From NCBI GenBank assembly GCA_000708835.1, contig DF237092.1, positions 110,943 to 174,942 of the forward strand: a stretch of DNA of 64,000 bases. The letters are read 5' to 3'. The translations under genes were made by a program, and so were the position numbers. Below, piece after piece: positions 51,101 through 63,374 of this stretch (position 1 is its first letter; every line of letters begins with the position of its first letter). The stretch comes from Klebsormidium nitens. Taxonomy: Eukaryota; Plantae; Klebsormidiophyceae. The notes under the pieces are model-generated. The model ran no database searches, was not told where the DNA came from, and saw nothing but the letters and a program-made list of their open reading frames with translations.

Positions 51101-54100
51101 ACCCGGCGATGTACCCGTCCTAATCTCTTGAGTTGCCGTCACTCCTGCAAGGGGAGTGACTTTTTTGTCGGATGGAATGTCGGATGGAATCCCCTGATAC
51201 GTGGCCTTCCATTTCGACAGCTACTCTCTGGCGCTGTACGTGCTGCTGCTGTTCTACTTCGCCTGCGAGGACCTGCTCCGGCCATACAAGCCGCTGCCCA
51301 AATTCATCGTCATCAAGTCTGTCGTGTTCGCAACCTACTGGCAGGTAAGCGATGCCAAGATCAGGCTTGAAAGGGTTTGAACATTCCTCCGTTCAGGGGA
51401 GTCAGGCAGGTGGCCTGCGCAGGGGCGGTTGTCGGGACTGCTGGGCTACTCGTGATGTTGGAGACGATGTACCGTTTTGCCAGGTGTTAAGAAAAGTGGA
51501 TGCTTTCTCATGAACTAGCGCGAGGCAGATTCGCTTGCATGTCGTCTTGTCGCATTGTCAGTAAGGCTCTACTCTGTTCGTTCTTTGCTTTTGCACCAGT
51601 TGTTTGCAAATGCGAACCCATGAGATCTTATCTTCGGAAGTACTCTCAAAACCCCTAACAGGCCCAGGTTTTCATGGAAAACTCGATTTATTCAAAGGGT
51701 CGAAGTCGCTCGGCTTGATTTTCCGAACATCTTTCTTGCAGGGCGTCTTAGTCTTCCTGTTCGCTAAGGCGGGTCTTATCACGAACCCCGCCACCGCCGC
51801 CGACCTGCAAAACTTCCTGCTCTGCGTCGAGATGGCGATCGCAGCCGTTGGCCATAGGTGGGCCTTTCCGCACTCCGACTTTGCCAACGCGCCGGGCGTG
51901 GCGGGAGGCCTGGGGGGCAGCATCACTCACGCTATTGCGATCAACGATGTGGTGAGTAGGCAATCCCACAGGTTCTCAAACAAACGGTGGTCACGACTAC
52001 TGCGGTTCGTCTTTTGAGGCCAGGTCAGACGGAGCCTCTGACAAGCTTCCATCCGTTGCAACGTGTTCAGCGGACCAAGCTTCCCGATTGTTCCATGTCC
52101 AACGGCAACGAGGGAAGAATCTTTTTCTGAGCACCTCTTGCAGGGCGATCGTTCTAGTCAAAGATGCGGTCGACAGATGCGGGTGAACTACGGAGTTTCG
52201 GAGAAATCTGTTTTCGGACTTGCGCGCTCCAAATCTCTTTGGACAGACTGGATTGAGTCGAGAATGTGAATCTTTAGAGGTTCCGCTGACGTCAGCACCG
52301 TTACGGCACTGCCGGATCAAGGCGTCATGTTCCGTCCGGCATGCAACACAGATTGAAGAATTGGTCCGACATTCGATCGAGGCTTCCCCGTCCGAAATCG
52401 GGTTTTTTGCGAAAATTGGTCGTTTATCCTTATGACACACTTTTTGAGCTTAGACTCAATCAAGTCGTATTTACGTTGTGTGTGCAGGCGTCTGACACTC
52501 TGCACAGCTTTGCCTTGCCCCCACGTACCACGACTACAGTCTGACTACATTCCCCATTAAAGGTTTGACTGTCAGAGACGTTCGAAAGCTTCCAAGTTCA
52601 ACATTTCCATCATTTTGAAACACATTATTCTCCTCTGTGCAGGCGTCTCACTCTGCACAACTTCGCCCCCACCATGTCACGACTACATTCTGACTACAAT
52701 CCCCGTTGAAGATCTGATCGTCAGAGGTGTTCGAACCTTTTCAAGTTCCGAATCATTCTGTAACGCATCATTCTCCGTATGCAGGCGTCTGACACTCCAC
52801 AAGCTCGCCCCCTCCATGTCACGACTGCATTCTCACCACAATCCCCCTTGAAGAATTGCCTCAATCATTCAAATAAACCGAAGTTCCAAATTTCATCATT
52901 CTGAAGCACATCATTCTCCTGTGCGCAGGCGTCCGACACTCTGCACAACTTCGCCCCCACGTACCATGACTACATCCTGTATAGCGACGGCACTGCCGCG
53001 GCGCCTCGGCGGTACCGGACAAGGACTTTCGTTCCAACCGGGCACGAAATGTCCGACCTGCGCAAGGGGGGCAAGGACAGCGGCTGGTCGTCGGGCCTCG
53101 AACGAGCGGACCGCGGGAGTGAGTCCTTTGTCGTTTAGCTGATCCCGTTCTCTAAGTCGGAGAGAGGAGATTGCGGAATTAAGTGCTTCAAGGTGTATGT
53201 TGTAGCGCTTTCTGAGCTTTTTAGGGTTGAGACGAGCATACCGCAGCAGAGAGTGGTCTGCTGCTTGTTTGGTACCGCTCTCTAAAGTCGGCGCTGGCAT
53301 ACCGCAGCCCTGAGTGCTTCGTTGCTTAATCGATACCGCTTCTCTAACTTTGAGACGAGCAAACCGCGGCAGTGAGGGCGTCGTTTCTCCCTTGATACCG
53401 CTCTTTGGGGCGTTTTCCTTTCAAAAAGGAGCAGGCATGCTCTCTAAGAAGCCGAAGTGATGGCTCTGCTGATAAGACGATGATGCTTCCGCTCGGTGCT
53501 TGCTATCGTACTTCTTGTTTCGTTGGTATTACTGGGCAAATCAGACTAGCCTGTGCAGAATTTGTGTATTCTGGGGAAGGGCATCAAAGGGAATCTTCCT
53601 GAATCGTTCTGGCTACCTGATGCAAATGCGATTGATACATTCCCCTATCGACTCTGCTCATACTACAAGGCTTCGTTTTATCTAAGAGAGATTGCTTGGC
53701 GACGGCCCTGACTCTGCTCCCGTTCTGACACGTGTCAGGTTTCTCGCCTGATTACTCCTCAGGGTCGGGGGGGTCGAGCCCTGAAAAGGTACGGGCGGGG
53801 GCCAAAGTCGCTGACGCGCCGGACAACTTGTTAGATGCACCAGCACCAATCGTTTTGGAGACGGACGATATGGAAATTGGGCTGAACAAGGCGCCGGACT
53901 CGAGCAAGGGGGACCCCAGCTGGCAGGCGCGACGCTCGAGTGCGATGAGCACTGTGGATGAGGAGGGGGGGCAGGTTAGCGCCCACTTCTCCCCCCCCCT
54001 TCTGCAGATTGCCGTTGTTGCTGACAACAACATGACCCTTTTATCAGGGCCTGCTGATTTGGACTGCAACGAGCTTGAAGGATGAGGGATGAGGGCAGAG

Positions 54101-54601
54101 TTGTGATCTTTCTCTTACTTTCGTGCACTTAGCAGTTTCATATGCGGTAGGGATTGTCCTCAGGTGGGTGTCTATTTGTTCATGACACACGTGGCAATGT
54201 GGGCACCTTAGGATGTGTTGAGAAAGCACTTTTGGTCAGATCCGTAGGCTGTGCTGAGGAAGTTCTGGGCGGTATGTCATCAGCAAGGAGTTGCTTTCCT
54301 CGTCTATCAACTATTGCCTGCCACTTCAGGCAAACCCCCACTAAATCCGATTGCTCTCTGCCCGCAGGAGGAGATGCATTTACGAGCAGGGGAGAGCCGT
54401 CGGACGTCTGTAGTATCCGGAGACAGCAGAAGGTCATCCGGCCTTTTGGGCATCCGAGATGAGGATCTCGCGCCTGACGCTCTTCACAAAAACAAGTGGT
54501 TGCTTGACGAAACCCCGAGCGCAGAGAGCAGCCGGCGGGGCTCGTTTGCGCAACCGCCAAACTCGAAAACTCGACCATCGGATGGGGACCCGAAAAAGTG
54601 A
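48132..54601 (+). CDS. TMEM184: TMEM184 / LAZ1-family (OST-alpha, DUF300) multi-pass membrane protein, 9 exons
   Basis: Exons 48132-48341, 49058-49131, 49534-49683, 50204-50365, 51221-51344, 51742-51951, 52929-53118, 53739-53974, 54368-54601 (last exon less certain), all in phase. Motifs RHLQNYTEPVFQRYIVRIIFMVP, YEAWVIYNF, CKQGTLQFVILKP, PKFIVIKSVVFATYWQG, QNFLLCVEM and YRTRTFVPTG are typical of the plant DUF300 clade. Confidence 0.92.
52470..52928 (+). repeat. Three decayed copies of the TMEM184 exon-7 acceptor and exon start
   Basis: GCAG|GCGTCTGACACTC..CACAACTTCGCCCCC..ACGACTAC-like copies at 52488, 52643 and 52785; real 52929. Confidence 0.92.
53119..53410 (+). repeat. ~61-bp decayed copies of the TMEM184 exon-7 end plus donor
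   Basis: Real ACGAGCGGACCGCGGGA|GTGAGT versus ACGAGCATACCGCAGCA|GAGAGT (53249), GCATACCGCAGC|CCTGAGT (~53310) and ACGAGCAAACCGCGGCA|GTGAGG (53372). Confidence 0.72.
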
Positions 54602-55828
54602 GGCGTAGTGTGGCGATTGTATAGTAGCATGCATGTGACGGCTTGAATTAGTTGTTGCCAACAGAAGGCAGCTTATGTTGAGCTGAAGGTCATTCAGGAA
54701 CTTAGGCGACAGGAAAATTTTTGGGCTATACAGGCTCTTTGATTGTAGAAACAGGCATGTCGAACGGCATAAGGCGAATTGCAAATGCTTCCGGAGTCCC
54801 TTATTCAGCTCTCGCTGGAGTCGACTGGTCGAGGGGTGGTTGGAAGTTGTTCTTTCTTGAACCATTCTGTGGAATGAGAACGCTTTCATAGCCATTTTGG
54901 AATGGATCATATTTTCGTGATGAGGCTCATTGCACGAATGGGATCAATTCGCGAAATGAGCAACCGCTGGAAAGGCCAGGCTTGCATGCTGCGGTACTGT
55001 CGAGTCGGTTGCCTCACGATTGGGCAGGTAGCAAGCTCTGACAGATGCATGCCCTTGAGAGTACAATTCCGTTGCATGATTAATCAAGTTCGTGATTCCT
55101 AGCTCCACGATAGGGAAATGTGCGCAGCTGCCGTGCGGCCGGGCCGCGGCGAAACTTATGGAACGACGTGTCACGCCCCATTCATATCCCAGTGCCATCG
55201 GAAATTCGCAATATATTCTCGATCTGATAATTTCATCTCTAGCGCGCCGCGCTTCATTCAAGACATAGATCCTGATTTCAACCTGCAGTATGCCAGCCTG
55301 CCGCGTTGAAGAGCATGCCAGTCGGGCATGCACTAATTATAAATAGGTTCGACTTGATTATATCACAACTCATACATGTGCCACATGCAGAATGTGCATA
55401 TGTTCAGCTAGCTGACATGCCCGCGTTGGTAGCTACTGTTGCATGCCGCGCGACGGCTAGTTTTGGCGGGGCCGCGCGCTGCGTAGGGCTGCCGCAGGCC
55501 AGCTATTTAGTAGGCCGGAAACATCATCAAAGCAGTCGAGTTTTATAATCTGCAGATTATTACTGCAGGCTCACCAGAACTCACTGCTTCAATTTGTCAG
55601 TGTCACTGAGTGTCCTTTTCAGATCAATTTAATCTGATGCTACATCGAAGTATAACTCTCCAGATGCAAGCAAGAGCTACAGGCGAACCCAAGCTGCTCA
55701 GGGGCTGGTCGAAGCAAAGGAAGCACTTCGCAGCTAAGCGTATTTCAGCCAAATGTGGATGGCAGCATGTGCATGTGCACCGAAACTTACAGCCTCATCG
55801 CCTCGGGCGGAGCGTGAAGTGGTGAAAA

Positions 55829-56081
55829 ACCAGTGTAAAAGGCGTGCGCATGTGTGAGCTGGAGCACCGCGCGGTCTGGAATTGATGCTCTTTTAATTTT
55901 GATTGACTAAGCAAGAATAGGACCAAGCATGACGCCAGATATTCAATTTGAACGACCAGTGTAAAAGTCGTGCTCATTTGTGAGCTGCAGCACCATGCGG
56001 TCTGCAATCGATGCTTTTCTTAATGTTTGATTGATTAAGCGAGATCAGGACCAAGCATGGCGCCAGATATAGATTTGAACG
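55829..56081 (+). repeat. 126-bp tandem duplication covering a putative 5'UTR-intron acceptor and the start codon of the coiled-coil gene
   Basis: ACCAGTGTAAAAG...AG|GACCAAGCATG(A/G)CGCCAGATAT..ATTTGAACG at 55829-55954 and 55955-56081. Confidence 0.9.
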
Positions 56082-59000
56082 TGCAGGGCATTCTAGACGA
56101 GGCTCGAAGTGCTGCAGGTCGGGCAGCTCTTGAACTTCAAGCACATATTGAGAGGTTAAAGAAGGCGGCAGAGTGGATGGAGGAAAGAGGTATGATTCTG
56201 GAAAAGCAAGAGACAGAGTTGGAAAAGCTGCGGGCGTCCTGTCAGGAGGTGGAAGCCAGACAGAAAGCGCTACAAGAAGAGTTGCAGAAGGAAGAGTTGA
56301 AGTTGCAGAAGGAGAGACAGGAGGCGTTGCGCATGCAGGTAATTGTACTTTCGCTCTGCTCTTCGTACGTTTAGGGTCAGGACGCAACGAAGCTACTTCG
56401 AGTCCTTTGTCAGTCTAGCAGAGGGTAGTAATCCACGCCATTGACCAGAAGACCCTGCAGGCACTTAAATCCGTAATCTGAATGCGTAAGAGACGAACCC
56501 TAAAAACGGAAGCTGGAGCCATAAGGCTTACGATCCTTGGGTTAAGAAACACCCCTTCCATTTCAGGTGCAATCATATGTCGTGCTCGAAGCTAGATTTC
56601 TGATGTTTCCAAAATAAAAGCTATCCGACTGCTGATCCTCGATGCTGGCTTTGGTAGACTTCGAAATAAATAAGATTCTACCCTTGCTTTGCTTTTCAGG
56701 AGGTTGTTTTGCGGTCGAAGCAAGAAGCGGAAACCGACTTTGCCCTTAAGGAAGCCAAGCTTGCTGAGAGAGAGGCATGTCTCACAGAGAAAGAGAGACG
56801 GGTCAGAGAGCATGAAATTGAAGCAGGTGTCAAAGAAGAAGAGAGAATGCTCGAAGACTCCAAACGTAAGGAAGACTTGCGGGCTTTGGAGCTGAATCTG
56901 AGGAAGGAGCAAAAGGAGCAGATCCGTCAGAAAGCGGATCTAGTTGAAAACACTCGAAAGCAAAAAGAGAAGTTCGAAACAGAGAGAAGATGGTTGGAAG
57001 AGGAAAGAGCCGCTTTGTTGACGCTTAGTGAGCAGACTTCAAAAGCAAGAGCGATTGTTGCTAAGCGTGCTGAGGAACTAGAGGAGCGTGAAAGAGAAGC
57101 AGCCTCTGAGAAGGAGAAGGTAGCCGCCGACAGGAGGAGCTTCGAGGACAACAAACTAGAATGGGAGAGGAAGCAAGTAGAAGAGAAAGAGCGGCTAGGA
57201 AGAGAGATCCAAGCAGCGAAAGAAGCCTGCGAGGCTGCGTTGAAAGCTGAGAAGAAGGCTGCAGAAGCGGAACTAGTGAGAGCGAGAGAATCTGCTGCGC
57301 AGGAGTTGGCCAAAGAAAAGAGCAGATTGGACACGAGGCGAGCTGAGGAGGAAAGCAGGATACATGCGCTGGAGAACGAACTGAAGGAAAGAGAGGTGTC
57401 CGTCTCCATTAGGGAGCGAGCGAACGATGCTGAAGAGAAGAGAGTGGACGAAGGTACGTCACAAACTAGCTGCTCATATTTTCCCTGGCTGAAGTACTTC
57501 TGTACGTTCCTCAAAGAAAATATATGAGACGACTTCAAGGCTGTGCAATCGAAGACAGTTCCGTGCTTTAAACTTAGATGTGACCTTACTATTAACATTA
57601 TCTATGAAGCAAAGCGACAGAGAGCAGCAGAGCCAAATCAGAAGCTTGACTTGGTTGCGGAAGGTGTGTCAGTACGCTTCGAAGTGGATGGTCAAGAAGA
57701 AGCACCGCCGTTGACTATCTTCTGGCCACAACTTCTTTTACCGACTTGAACGTTCTTGTCTATTTCCTCGAGTACAGAGAAACACACGCTTGTTACGGTG
57801 AGGGCTGATCTCGAACGAGAACGGAATGAGCTTTTCAAGGTCAAGGATGAGAGCGAGACTTCGGCGGGCGCACTGGAGGAGGAGTGGAGGCGATGCATCG
57901 TGTGAGCTCTGGTATCAGTTCCTATTGAGTTTTGAAGCCCCCACATGAATCTTCGTACACAGGCGTTGCTTGAGACAGCTTCATCAACTTTCCAACAGAA
58001 TCTTGTAAGTTCGTTTATGAAACAAGAGCACTTCGGACACGTGACATGGCAGACACGATGATAACATGATGCTTCGATCCTCTGCTTTGCCGTTCTGACA
58101 TTTTCAATCCTTTACTTGATTGCCAGGCCCGTCGCTTCCACCTCTTAGGTTCAAGAAGGGCTTAAAAGAGGGCACCAGAATTCGTGTCTTGTTCTTCAAG
58201 TGATGCAAATCAGACATTGGAGATACGTGCTTCTTCCGGACTTCCGTTCATTTCTTTCATAGATTCAAGCCAATATCCAACAAAGGCCTCTATGTGGTAC
58301 TGCGTATACAAGGTTTTAGTGCGTCTACGTTTCTGTTCTTGCAGATGGGCGGTGCACGTCGAAGCGGAGAGCAAGAAGCTTGAGGAGGAGAGCGCGCGCG
58401 CTCGCGAGCGTGCCAAAGAGCTGGACCAAAGGTCGGAGAGCTTGGATCGGAGGGAAGCGGTGATCAATCGTTTATTATTTTGAATGAAGAGATTCAGCAC
58501 TGGCTGAAAAGTCTCGCGTGGATATTGTGGACGTCGTTTGGTTCTTTCAAGTCTGTCATCCCCACTTTAGGACTCTCTTTTCAGAATATAAGGTTAGGGC
58601 GCCTCACTACTTCTACAGATGATGCAAAAGAGGGGGCCGTTTCGACCTTATCAAGCCTGGTTCAAGTGGTTCAAGCCGTTATGCGCGTTTAGCATGGCCG
58701 CGCATGGTATTCACAGGCAGCCTCTTTGATTTTCGAAGCACAATCAAGCTTTGAGTTCTCAGAAACGTTGACGTTTTTAACGGCAACCTTACCTCATCAA
58801 ATTGATTGCTGGGGAGGGCTTGCAGAATTCCAAGTGCTGACAGGTTCAAAATTCATACTAGAGCCCATCTTAAAGTACATCCGGAGGCCTTGAAAACGTC
58901 TCAGAAGCTCAAAAATGAAAACCGGGTCTCTCTGCGTCAGGACGCCAGAAGGCGCATCGAGAAGCTGGAAAAGCAGGAAGAAGACGTCTCAGTACGGGTC

Positions 59001-62000
59001 CGGGCGTTTGAACAGCGAGAGACAGAATGGGAAGAGGGAATGAAGGAGCGGTGAGACCCGAAAATCTGCTACCTAATCTTTTCAAGCCTTGCATTCTCAG
59101 GTTTTCCTAATAAAGTGAGAACGAGGCTCCGTATCAAGTTGCTATCCAGTTTCCGCCGTTCTGAGATGGCATTCACCTGGAGGTCTCTTCTTCTGGTACC
59201 TGAATCTAGCCGATGTCGAAGTTGATGCTCTTCAGTCGACGTTCCCGTGCGAGACCCGAATCAGCAATAAAATGGATCGTGTTGAGATCACATGGTCATC
59301 GTTCTCAAAGTCGCAGAACTTGGAGGAGTCTAAGCAGGCTTCTACTTACGAGAAGCTGGTGCGCCGAACCGCAACCTTGGACATTTGCTGCAAATGAAAG
59401 GGCACAAAGACTACATTTGTTTTCAATCCAGAGAAACGACTTCAGGGAAGCTACGCTCGGACTTCGAAGCCGCATCAACCGCGCACGCGGCCGCGCAGGC
59501 GGCCTTCGAGCGCGACAGGGCGGCCGCGGAGGACGCGCTCAGAGGCGCCGAGCAGTCCATGGACGCGAGGGAGCGGAATCTGGCCAGGCGGGAAGCGGAA
59601 TTGCAAGACCGGAGCGGAAAGGTGGCAGCAGGGGGGTACAGCTTGGAGGAACGGAGAAGGAAGCTGGAAAGTGACGAGAAAGCTATGAGGGACTCTGAAG
59701 CGAAGTTGAGGGAGAGAGAATCAGAGTTGGGGAAACTGAAGCAGGGTCTCGAGAAAGAGAAAGACGAGTTGTGCGTGCAGAAAGGAAATACTGAGAGGGC
59801 TTTGGCGGAAGGAGAAGCTGAGCTTGAGAAGAAGGCGCGGGCGCTGGTGGACGAGCGCATGCGCGCGCGCGAGCGCGCCGGTCGGGAGGACTGCCAGTGC
59901 GCGCGCGCATCGGAGCACCGCGCGAAAGAAGAGAGTTTGGAGGTGAGAGATCGCGAACTGCGCGAGGAAAGGGATCGGATGGAAAAGAAGATGAGAGGCT
60001 TGGAGGTTGAGGTTGAAGATGCGAAGGAAAGATTGGAGCGGAAAGAGCGCGATGCCGAGCGAAAAGCGCGTGAGGCGGAACGGAACGAGCGAGAGGTCGA
60101 GCGGAAAGAGCGCGACGTAGCGCGGAGGGAGCGGAGCGCGGGCGCCGCGGCCGCGAGGTGGGCGGCCAAGCGCGACGCGCTTCAAAAGTAAGTCGAATGA
60201 TTTTGGCATAATCTTCTTTCTCCTCGTATGAGTCTGCCAATACCTTTGGACACGCCGTCTCCACTTGATGATTGGCTGCGCAAGGGCCTCTGCTTGAGCT
60301 CAGAGCTCCGTTTGAGATGGAAACGCACGGTTTCCCACTTTTCTATTATTCCGACCAAAGTTGGATTCGTAGAAAAAGGCTAATAAAAACTTATACGACC
60401 TGGACAAGCGTCACAAAAGCAGCTGATTCTACACTTGACCTCTCCATCTGATAACTTAGCGCCCTGGTCAGATTTCATCTACATGCTTTCTATAAAGCGT
60501 CTAGCATAACAGGGAATTTCCAATTTCTAATTCCCGAAAATGAGCGAGATCGTTCTTTATGATCGAAGTCGCAAATGCGATTGCCGGAAACACTCGTCGA
60601 AGGATAGGTTTCACTGTCGTTTCCGCCAGTGTCTGGCCGCGCTGTATGTCGATTATGAAGTCTGCTTGCTTCCAAGGTCAGCTGATCTAGCTAATGGCGG
60701 TGATCTGTTCCCTTTCCGATGGAAGTCTGTGCATTCAAGCTGAGTGCCACCCGCATATCGAACCCTGACACGCGCCTTCCACTTGTCTGTCCAGATTAGA
60801 GCAAACAGCCGAGGAGAAGGAGACGAAAATTCGTCGACTCCAGGCGGAACTCCAGCGGATCCTCCGGCAGCGGAAAGAGGCAGCACGCAGCGTCGCGACT
60901 CAGACCGTCGACGAACGGGCAGTCAACCGAGGAGCAGTGGAACCTCTTTCCGCCGTTAATACTTCCGTTGCTTCCGCTGGGATCGCTGCACAGACCGGAC
61001 CGGCGAGGGGCTTCCGCTCAACGGAAAGCAGAAGAGCAACGGAATCAGCGGTTGTGATCGACGACGAAGAGACTCCGGTCGGCATCCTGCCGAGCAACGG
61101 AAGAACGCCGGTTGTGTTGCCAGATTTAAGCCCAGTCGAAGTGAGCGGAACGCGGCGGAACGGTGTTTTGCAGCCGAGCGGAACGGGTGGGGCGACGCGG
61201 CCGCGCGGCAACCCCGTTTCTGAGTCGCCCTCTTTCCTGGACCTTGGGGCGCCTGCCTTGGATGCCGTCCGGGTGAACCTGTTCCCCTCTGACCGAGCGG
61301 AAAGGAGGGAGCGGAACCGGCGAGCCGAATCGAGGCCGGAAAGGTTGGACGCCCAGCCAAAGGGACGACGTCAGAGCGAAGAGAAGAGCACAGCCGGGCA
61401 GACTTGTGCAGAGAAACCACGGTTTTATTCCGCGACAAGGTATCTGAGCGATGCTACGGAAAAGGGTTTGAACGGATTAGAACCGGAACGGAATGGAATA
61501 TTCGATAGGGAAGGGTTTGGAAAGTGTGAAAGTGAGACGCCTCAGATGCCTCGAGCGCTCTTGGACAGGGCGGCGACCTTGGAGCAGGCGGCGAGGCAAG
61601 AGGTGTCGCCAAGAGATAGTTTCAGGAACCTGCATCCCGAGAAAGACTGCGGCGGAAGGCCTGAACCTAATGGAGCGGAAAGAAAGAAAGCATCCGCTCC
61701 TCGAGCCGAAACGGACCGGCCGGAAAGAGCGGCGGCGGAGCGCCCGAGGAGCGGCATCTGCGGCGAAGCAAGGGGCTCAAAGTTTGAACCTCAAAAGCCG
61801 GGCGAGAACTACGTGCAACCCGAGGGAAGGTGCAAGCCTCACGCCCTGTGTTTAACGCCCCCCGACTACCAATTCAAACCCCCGGGAACGACATCTCGCT
61901 ACGAAAACGGCCGACGTTCCGGCCTGCGAAGTCCGGCGGACTGTTTACGGGAGCCCGGAATGATGCGAGTTGAGGGGAGGCGTCAAACGATAAGAGACGG

Positions 62001-62808
62001 TTGGTCGGAGGGGGAGACGGGGGAGCCAGAAGAGGACCGTTTCTACACTCCCGACGCCCGGGACATTTCTCCGGGGGGAGACGACAGTACTGATGTTTCC
62101 AGTAGGGGGGCAGGGGATGGGGGAGAAGATGGGGACGGCTTTTTCACACCGTGCAACGGCCGGCAAAGTTGGGGGTGGGACCCCGCACGAGACCCCCTTC
62201 CAAGCAGCAAGGAGGGGCTCTTGGAGCTGAGGGATGCGCTACAGCTGAGAGTGCAGGTAGGAGCAATAATGCAATAGTTTTTCCCTTCCTTATTCAGGCA
62301 AACAAAGATTCGATGAGTGCTGGAGTGGAGACGAATCGCTGGCCAGTGGAAATGAAGGATCAGATTCCCTGTCGCCACGCATTCTTAGAGGTCTGCCGTA
62401 TTGTCTGCCGTAGTTGACCGTCCTTGCCAGCTTAATGCATCACCTGCAACTTTGATGAACGAAGTAGGTGTGATTCAATTTTAGTTGGCATAAAGCGGAC
62501 TCCCAGTGTAATGTCGTTGGAAGCCTCAAGGGTAGAGATACTCGTAGCGAGCTGCATCATCTTCTTAGAGCGAGCCGCACGTTACAGTCAGCACGGGACG
62601 GGCGTCGCTGGGAGTCTTAAGGTGCTAATTTGCGAGTAGAAATGCTTCTTTACTTGCTGATTTGTTTTTGCCGCCAATGTTGCAGGAACTCGTATTGAGC
62701 CGTCTAGACCAAACCGGAAGTGGGTCTGTTGAAAGGAGCTTGGACACAGCTTCTACTGCGAGCAAAACGGCGCTTGCGCACGTTCAAAGCAAGATAGCAA
62801 ATCTGTAG
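56057..62808 (+). CDS. Large coiled-coil protein (~1240 aa) with a disordered Ser/Pro/Arg-rich tail; family not identified
   Basis: Exons 56057-56338, 56700-57453, 57778-57901, 58345-58459, 58941-59050, 59432-60187, 60795-62256, 62686-62808 join in phase through GT-AG introns (3726 nt). The first ~750 aa are E/K/R/A-rich and heptad-like, followed by a low-complexity tail with TP/SP sites and a short helical C-terminus. Confidence 0.8.
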
Positions 62809-63374
62809 AACCTATACGGAGTACTTTTAGTCTACTTCACGCCCGCAACTGCAAAAATGTGATGACACGAAACTGGTTGTGAAGGCTCACAGGCTCGCGA
62901 GAGTGCATCGACTCGTCGCTTTCTAACGATAACCCACCCAAGGAAGACTTTGCCCGTGCGCAGCCAGAAGTTGCACGTGTACCAGAAACTCGGTCCGTTC
63001 ATTGCTGCGGCGGGCTGATCATCGATCAACGACTTTGCATGCATGCAGACCCGTCATGCATGGTGACTTTATTATGCATTCTTTTCAAGTTTGGCACAAC
63101 GATACTAAACTTTTGTCTCTTGGGGGCACTGGCCTTGCCGGCCGGCCCTATCGGCCCCATGCCTGCATGTGCGAGGGCATCATACAAAGAAGTATCCATA
63201 TACATTTGAGCACTGGCCGGCCGGAGCGGAACAATCGGCACTTACGCAGGAACAATGATCTGGCAAGCCAATTGAGTGTTGCATGCATGTCGGTACGTGC
63301 AAAGCCTTCGAGGAGGCTTGTTTTGTACCGGCCCCGCGCATCTGAAGCTTAGGGGCGATTCGCACCCGCAGCAT

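Noticed and set aside
56927-60264. Long minus-strand ORFs (223, 248, 193 and 162 aa)
   Set aside because: Antisense shadows of the E/K/R-rich coiled-coil exons, with S/L/F-rich low-complexity translations.
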